Source of the DNA: a virus | Direction: 5' to 3' (one strand) | Virus record (IMG/VR): IMGVR_UViG_3300030101_003058 | Span: 1-64,000 of that record | Length of the DNA: 64,000 bases | Shown: positions 58,664 through 64,000 of the stretch, one piece after another | Position numbering within the stretch: position 1 is the first letter of the stretch | Layout of the letters: the number at the start of each line of letters is the position of its first letter | The notes under the pieces: model-generated | Database searches by the model: none | What the model saw: the letters and a program-made list of their open reading frames with translations, nothing else | What the model was told of the DNA's origin: nothing | Program-made: the position numbers and the translations under genes

Positions 58664-60115
58664 ATGGCACATTCACTAAATAGGCTCCTTGGGTCTATCA
58701 CTCAAACGCCTATGCTTACTACTCAAGAGAACTTACTGAGTGTTCTTGAGTATATTAATTCTAGGAATGCTCAAGAAGATTTTGCAATCGTATCTCAGGC
58801 AGAGGCTAGAGCGTTCTCTAAAGAATCCCCGCCGACTGTTGAGAACGGCATTGGCCTTCTGACCATTGAAGGTAGTCTGACATACAAATGGAATTGGTTG
58901 TCCGCAATGTGTGGATTGGCCAGCTACCAACAGATCACTGCTGATTTCGAGAACATGATTGAGCAAGGTGCTCATACCGTGGTGCTTGACATTGATTCCC
59001 CAGGCGGGATGGCACATGGAAATTTCGAAGCCGCAATGGCTATGCGGGATATGGCTGATGCAAACGGTGTCAGAATTGTTACCTACGTGGACGGCATTTG
59101 CGCCTCAGCCGCACTAGCATTGGCAAGTGTCTCGGACGAAATTATTATGAACCCCCTTTCAAAAATAGGGTCGATTGGTGTTGTCGTAAGTCTATACAAC
59201 GAACTTCCGATGAAGATCAAAGAGGGTGCTGAAGCAATCTTTGTTTACTCTGGTGATTCCAAAGTCCCCTATGATGCTGAAGGTAAGATTCGACAGGATT
59301 TCATTGATGAGATTCAAAAAGACACTGACGCTCTCTATACACAGTTCATCCGACACGTAGCACAGTTTAGGCCAATGTCCGAAGGTGAGATTAGAGACAC
59401 CCAAGCAAAAATGTTTAGGGCTGAAGACGCAACCGTAAAAGGTCTTGCTGATCGAGTAATGACTTCTGCTGAATTCATCGAATACCTTGCCCAACTATCA
59501 GAGAAACAACAGGAGAAAGAATCAATGCCTATCTTTGGTTTCGGCAAGAAGAAGCAGCCGAATATGTCCCAAGAAGAACCCGAGGTTTCCCTTGAGGAAC
59601 CATCCCCTTCTAGTGAATTGCTGGAGGGTAACAATCAGGAGGGTGTTCAGGATAACCCAGAATCTCCCTCTATGCAATCCAAAGAAGAAACTAACGAAGA
59701 GGTTAATATGACCCTTGAAGAATTGCTGGCTTCCAACCCGGAAGCGAAAGAGCAGTTTGATACACTGACTTCTGCTAAAGCTGAAGAACTTTCTGGTGAA
59801 CTCAAGAAGCAACTTGAGAAACTTGAGAGTGAGCGTGTTGAAGCTGCCAAAGCTGAATACAAGGAATTGGTCGCTGGCTATTCCTTTGTGGGTGCAGATG
59901 CACAAGAGAAAGTAGCTACCTTCCTGTACAACGCTAATGCCGAGAAGATGGAAGGCGTTGAAGAAGTAATGGAAGCTCTTGAGTCTGCCCGTAATGCTGT
60001 TGAAGCTGTTGTTGATGAAGAAATTGGCGACAGTGGTGAGCAGCTTGAAGTAGACGAACAGGCTCGTGATCAATCACTTGTTCGTGAACAAATTAAAAAG
60101 CGTTACGCAAAATAA
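58664..60115 (+). CDS. Prohead protease (S49) with C-terminal scaffold
   Basis: LDIDSPGG, ICASAA, GSIGV; acidic coiled-coil tail. Confidence 0.9.
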   Translation: MAHSLNRLLGSITQTPMLTTQENLLSVLEYINSRNAQEDFAIVSQAEARAFSKESPPTVENGIGLLTIEGSLTYKWNWLSAMCGLASYQQITADFENMIEQGAHTVVLDIDSPGGMAHGNFEAAMAMRDMADANGVRIVTYVDGICASAALALASVSDEIIMNPLSKIGSIGVVVSLYNELPMKIKEGAEAIFVYSGDSKVPYDAEGKIRQDFIDEIQKDTDALYTQFIRHVAQFRPMSEGEIRDTQAKMFRAEDATVKGLADRVMTSAEFIEYLAQLSEKQQEKESMPIFGFGKKKQPNMSQEEPEVSLEEPSPSSELLEGNNQEGVQDNPESPSMQSKEETNEEVNMTLEELLASNPEAKEQFDTLTSAKAEELSGELKKQLEKLESERVEAAKAEYKELVAGYSFVGADAQEKVATFLYNANAEKMEGVEEVMEALESARNAVEAVVDEEIGDSGEQLEVDEQARDQSLVREQIKKRYAK

Positions 60116-60139
60116 TTAATCCTCTGGAGGTTTTTACAA

Positions 60140-60517
60140 ATGGCTAAACTTGGTGAGCGCGGTAATAAGCTCGGTAATCTGGTGAAGTACGAAGAAGGTA
60201 CTCACATCGGTTACTGCCGCAAGGTTGTAGTTGCTAATGAAGCGGCTGCTGAAGAATACACTATCGGTACTCTGTTGGGTTTCGATGGTACTGATTGGAA
60301 GATTTCTGATCCTGCTGCTGTAGACGGTTCTGAGACTCCGGCTGCAATCGTTATTGAAGATGTTTCTGTTCCTGCTACGACTAATACTGACGTAGTTGTT
60401 CTGTATCGTGGTCCTGCTGGCGTTGCTGATGAAGCTCTGGTACTTGGTGATCATACCCAAGCAGATGCTAACGCAGCAGTTGAAGCACTCGGTATCAAGG
60501 TAATGGAGCAGGTTTAA
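60140..60517 (+). CDS. Head decoration protein
   Basis: IGTLLG...DGSETPAAIV...VVLYRGP; directly before the capsid gene. Confidence 0.8.
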   Translation: MAKLGERGNKLGNLVKYEEGTHIGYCRKVVVANEAAAEEYTIGTLLGFDGTDWKISDPAAVDGSETPAAIVIEDVSVPATTNTDVVVLYRGPAGVADEALVLGDHTQADANAAVEALGIKVMEQV

Positions 60518-60559
60518 TCCTGCTTCTGCTGAACTAACAAATAGGAGTTATAGATTACA

Positions 60560-61597
60560 ATGGCTATTACCCGCGATGTATCCAATCTTAATCGCATTAT
60601 TGATTGGACTCAAGAAATCAATGAAATCCCGAACCAGTACGGTTGGGTAAAGAATCAGGGCATCTTCAACGTTCGCCCGACTACTCAGACTGCGATCATC
60701 TTCGACAAGAACGAAGCTGAAACTACTCTGCTGCCTCAGGTTCCCCGTGGTAGCCGTGAGACTACTGTAGGTAAAGATCGTAAGGTTGAAACCTTCAGTC
60801 TGCCGCTGGCATATTTCAAGCATACCGACTACATCACTCCTGAGGACATTCAGGGTCAGCGTATGCCGGGTACTCCCGACCAGCCTGAAACTCTTGCGAA
60901 TGTTCGTATGGAGAAGCTGGAAGATATGCGTCGTGCTGTTGACCAAACTCACGAGTATATGCAGATTCAAGCACTGAAGGGTATTTCCTCTACCCCTGAC
61001 GGTACTGTTCTGGCCAATATGTTTACCGAGTTTGGTGTAGCACAGCCTACCGTAGACTTTGATCTGGGTACTGCTGCTACCAACATCGACAGCAAGATTG
61101 CTGAAGTTAAGCGTGGTGTTACTGCTAACCTGAAGTCTGGTGGTACTATTCAGGGCATCGACATCATGTGTGGCGAAACCTTCTTCGATAAACTTATCGA
61201 CCATCCGAAGGTTCGTGAAGCATACCTCAACGCTGCTTCTAACGCACAGTATCAGCGTGACATTTCTCAGTATATGCCTTGGGGCGTATCTGATGTGTTC
61301 GTTTATCGTGGTGTTCGCTTCTTTACCTATCCGGCTGTGTTCTTGCTGCCTGACGGTACTTCTGAGCAGTCTGTAGCTGATGACGAAGCACACGTTATCC
61401 CGCGTGTACGTGATCTGTTCCGTGGCTATGTTGGCCCGAACAACAAATTGGGCGGTGCTAACAACTTCGGTGCTGAGATGTTCGCATTTGAGTACACCGA
61501 TCCAAAAGATGAGTATCACGAGCTTCAAGTGGAAACAGCCCCGCTGTTCTTCGCAACCAAGCCCGGTGTACTTTACAAGCTGACCACTTCTACCTAA
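60560..61597 (+). CDS. Major capsid protein
   Basis: 345 aa; strongly biased codons; THEYM...ALKG; lambda gpE-like; terminator follows. Confidence 0.9.
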   Translation: MAITRDVSNLNRIIDWTQEINEIPNQYGWVKNQGIFNVRPTTQTAIIFDKNEAETTLLPQVPRGSRETTVGKDRKVETFSLPLAYFKHTDYITPEDIQGQRMPGTPDQPETLANVRMEKLEDMRRAVDQTHEYMQIQALKGISSTPDGTVLANMFTEFGVAQPTVDFDLGTAATNIDSKIAEVKRGVTANLKSGGTIQGIDIMCGETFFDKLIDHPKVREAYLNAASNAQYQRDISQYMPWGVSDVFVYRGVRFFTYPAVFLLPDGTSEQSVADDEAHVIPRVRDLFRGYVGPNNKLGGANNFGAEMFAFEYTDPKDEYHELQVETAPLFFATKPGVLYKLTTST

Positions 61598-61609
61598 GAA
61601 TTGGCCAAT

Positions 61610-61636
61610 GGGGGAGCTTCGGCTCCCCTAGCTTTC
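61610..61636 (+). terminator. Terminator after the capsid gene
   Basis: GGGGAGC-TTCG-GCTCCCC stem. Confidence 0.7.
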
Positions 61637-61687
61637 TTGAGAGTATTCTGGTGAGTATTCTTTGGAAAGCAATTAGGAGAATAAATA

Positions 61688-62155
61688 ATGCCAGCAGATT
61701 TTACAACAGAAAATGGTAAGGTGAGATTCAACATTGGCGACATCGAAGAACCCTATATTCTTTCCGATGTTGTCATTGATGGTCTTCTTGCCAAATATAC
61801 AGAAGAATCAGAAGAATACCGAATCTGGAAAGCAACAATTGATGCTCTCTATATTCTCAAGGGTATTGCTGCTAAGAACTCAGAAAGACGTAGGGAACGT
61901 GAAGGTTCTGTAGAAGTAGAAGTATACAGCAACCTCACCTACGATTCTATCAGCGATCTTCTCGACTATTACAAAAGCAATCCCCCGATGCCTGCTGCCT
62001 ATGGGTATGATCTTCATATCTTCGGTGGTGTGTCTAAGGATGAGAAGAGTCGTGTTAAGAATGATCCTGATTCTGCAAGACCTTATCCCGAGGTTGATGG
62101 AACTTACGAGCAAGAGCCTCGGTATATCCCTGAGGAATTTGAAGGACTCTACTGA
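61688..62155 (+). CDS. Head-tail adaptor
   Basis: VRFNIGD...LSD..I; position in module. Confidence 0.7.
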   Translation: MPADFTTENGKVRFNIGDIEEPYILSDVVIDGLLAKYTEESEEYRIWKATIDALYILKGIAAKNSERRREREGSVEVEVYSNLTYDSISDLLDYYKSNPPMPAAYGYDLHIFGGVSKDEKSRVKNDPDSARPYPEVDGTYEQEPRYIPEEFEGLY

Positions 62156-62610
62156 TGACTCTTAAGTGTGACACCAGAATCCTTGACAGCCTCATTAGAC
62201 AAATTTCTAAAGGTGACAAGGGGGCTGCTATAGGGTACTTCGATGACTCCGGTAAACACCCCAGAAGTGGTGCTACGGCTTACGAGATTGCTGCTATAAA
62301 CAACTTTGGTGCTCCTGAGAGTAATATCCCCGAACGTCCCTTCGTAACTGATGGTGCTTTCGAGGGTGAGCTTCCGACATCTGCAAGTATGAAACGTGGT
62401 GTTCGAAAGATTCATAAGGGTGCTAGTACGTATCACAAAGAGATCAGAGAAGCAGCAAAGATTCAGAAGAATTACATAAGTGCTCAATTGGTTCTTGCTC
62501 AATTCCAATACGCACGAAATGCTGAGGCAACTGTAGCAAGCAAAGGATTTAACTCACCAATGTTTGAGACAGGTTGGCTTCAGAAACAAATTGACATCAA
62601 ATACGACTAA
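62155..62610 (+). CDS. Neck/tail completion protein
   Basis: IAAINNFGAP..NIPERPF; KGFNSPMFETG. Confidence 0.75.
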   Translation: MTLKCDTRILDSLIRQISKGDKGAAIGYFDDSGKHPRSGATAYEIAAINNFGAPESNIPERPFVTDGAFEGELPTSASMKRGVRKIHKGASTYHKEIREAAKIQKNYISAQLVLAQFQYARNAEATVASKGFNSPMFETGWLQKQIDIKYD

Positions 62611-62620
62611 GGAGGTTTAG

Positions 62621-62986
62621 ATGGGTTCTTGGAATCCCAAGTTGCTACCAAGGCGAACCTTTAATGGTCGTAGAGTAAGTCAGACGCTAGATGAATTTAA
62701 TCTTCCCTCCGAGACTACCGTTGAATTTACAGTCGAACAAGCAAACGCTCAGCCGGTCACAGGCCATCACTTAGAAGTTCTTCCAGAAGGCTACAGAGAT
62801 CGTAAGGTTTATAAGGTGTATACAACTACTCCTGTGTATTCTGCTGAGGAGGGTACAGATCAATTCTCTGATGAGATTGAAGTGTTACCGGGGGAATGGT
62901 TCAAGGTTATTAAAGTTGAAGCGTGGCAAGGATATTCTTTGCAATCTCATTACCTAGCATATACAGCGGAGGTTAATGAGCGATGA
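62621..62986 (+). CDS. Head closure protein
   Basis: QP...L..LPEG.R; position in module. Confidence 0.65.
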   Translation: MGSWNPKLLPRRTFNGRRVSQTLDEFNLPSETTVEFTVEQANAQPVTGHHLEVLPEGYRDRKVYKVYTTTPVYSAEEGTDQFSDEIEVLPGEWFKVIKVEAWQGYSLQSHYLAYTAEVNER

Positions 62987-63564
62987 CAATTGTGTATGAT
63001 CCTACAGATGATCTTGAGATTGCTGTTTATAAAATCTTCAATAAGTTCTCAGGTCAGATTCTAGAAGATCCTGTGTATCTCATGGATAGCAACTTTGTCC
63101 CTCCTGCTGGTCCTTATGTTGTTCTCAAGTTGAATGAGATAACTCCGGTATCAACTAAGACTGGTTGGCAGACATCTATCGTTGACGAAACACTTGAGCA
63201 AGTAACTTACAATAACTTTGTTGGAATTGCAAACGTATACACATACGGTTCACGAGCACTCAGCAAAGCACAAAAGATTGCCTTTGCAACCAAGGATAAC
63301 AATCTAAGGAAACTTCTTGTTGACAATGGAATTGGTGTAAGTAACACCAGTGGAGTCCGCAATGCTTCTAGAGCAATCAGCGGAACAGAGATGGAAGAAC
63401 GGGCGCAGTTCTCCATTGCATTCAACTTTGTTCAATCGCTCTCTGGGGTTAACTCAGATGGTATTATTGAGCATATCAATACTGAGGGTGATCTTACGGA
63501 TCACGAGGGAAATATCATTGAAGAGATCTTCCCTTCTGCATCTGACCCGAATCCTCTCCCCTAA
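62983..63564 (+). CDS. Neck/tail terminator protein
   Basis: Position before the sheath gene; EERAQF motif. Confidence 0.6.
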   Translation: MTIVYDPTDDLEIAVYKIFNKFSGQILEDPVYLMDSNFVPPAGPYVVLKLNEITPVSTKTGWQTSIVDETLEQVTYNNFVGIANVYTYGSRALSKAQKIAFATKDNNLRKLLVDNGIGVSNTSGVRNASRAISGTEMEERAQFSIAFNFVQSLSGVNSDGIIEHINTEGDLTDHEGNIIEEIFPSASDPNPLP

Positions 63565-63603
63565 GATATTAAAGTTAGCTAACACAAATTTAGGAGAAAC
63601 TTA

Positions 63604-64000
63604 ATGGCTAGTGTTTTCACTATTGAGGACATTGTTGACGTAAATATTACGCTCGGTGATCGTCCCATTGCCCAAAGCAACTTCAGCACTCCACTGATTC
63701 TAACCGCAGATGCTCCATTTGCACCTGATCGTATTCTTACGGTTACTGGTGTAGACGATATGACATCTGCTGGTTTTACAGATGGTGATGCTGCTTATGA
63801 AATGGTTGCTCTAATTTTCGGAGGTGATAATCCGCCTCGTGAAGCAATCATTGGTAACGTGGACGTAACTGGTACAGAGACTTACATTGAAGCTCTTGCA
63901 GCTATTGAAGCTGAAACTACAGATTGGTTCTTCATTCTTGCAGATACTCATACAGAAGCTGAGCAGGAAGCTCTGGCGCAATACGCCGAAGCAGAACGCA
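63604..64000 (+). CDS. Tail sheath protein (DUF3383-type), 3' truncated
   Basis: AGGAG RBS; MASVFTIEDIVDVNITL...FSTPLIL; open to the window end. Confidence 0.75.
   Translation, partial: MASVFTIEDIVDVNITLGDRPIAQSNFSTPLILTADAPFAPDRILTVTGVDDMTSAGFTDGDAAYEMVALIFGGDNPPREAIIGNVDVTGTETYIEALAAIEAETTDWFFILADTHTEAEQEALAQYAEAER

Noticed and set aside
60548-61528. Long antisense ORF over the capsid gene and many other shadow ORFs
   Set aside because: Attributable to codon bias of the sense genes; no RBS or motifs

Overview
A 64-kb segment of a lytic tailed dsDNA phage genome. It is myovirus-like, with Felix O1/rV5/PAK_P1-style gene content, and the host is probably a gammaproteobacterium (inference). 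Order in the window: virion accessory genes with FN3/Ig domains; a minus-strand replication module (resolvase, 5'-3' exonuclease, SSB, family A polymerase, primase-helicase); a plus-strand early region of small ORFs with many sigma70 promoters; a compositionally distinct 'pre-early' island (about 21.6-26.7 kb) bounded by non-coding DNA; a long minus-strand block with an SF2 helicase, nucleotide metabolism genes (phoH, dCMP deaminase, dNMP kinase, glutaredoxin, nrdAB, thyX, MazG-like), RNA ligase 2 and HNH endonucleases; and the plus-strand packaging/head/neck/sheath module. Highlights: (1) a non-coding array at 25.5-26.7 kb with five perfect DnaA boxes, a parS site, a sigma54 -24/-12 site, IHF sites and SlyA/MarR-like sites, which together resemble a host oriC region; (2) terL split by two HNH-encoding group I introns, one in the Walker A motif and one in the nuclease motif; (3) an HNH gene sitting between an orphaned thyX 5' fragment and an intact thyX; (4) an inverted, duplicated promoter-plus-phased-repeat element (candidate origin); (5) a dispersed ~85-bp repeat family resembling strong gyrase sites. 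All calls were made by eye; no searches were run.
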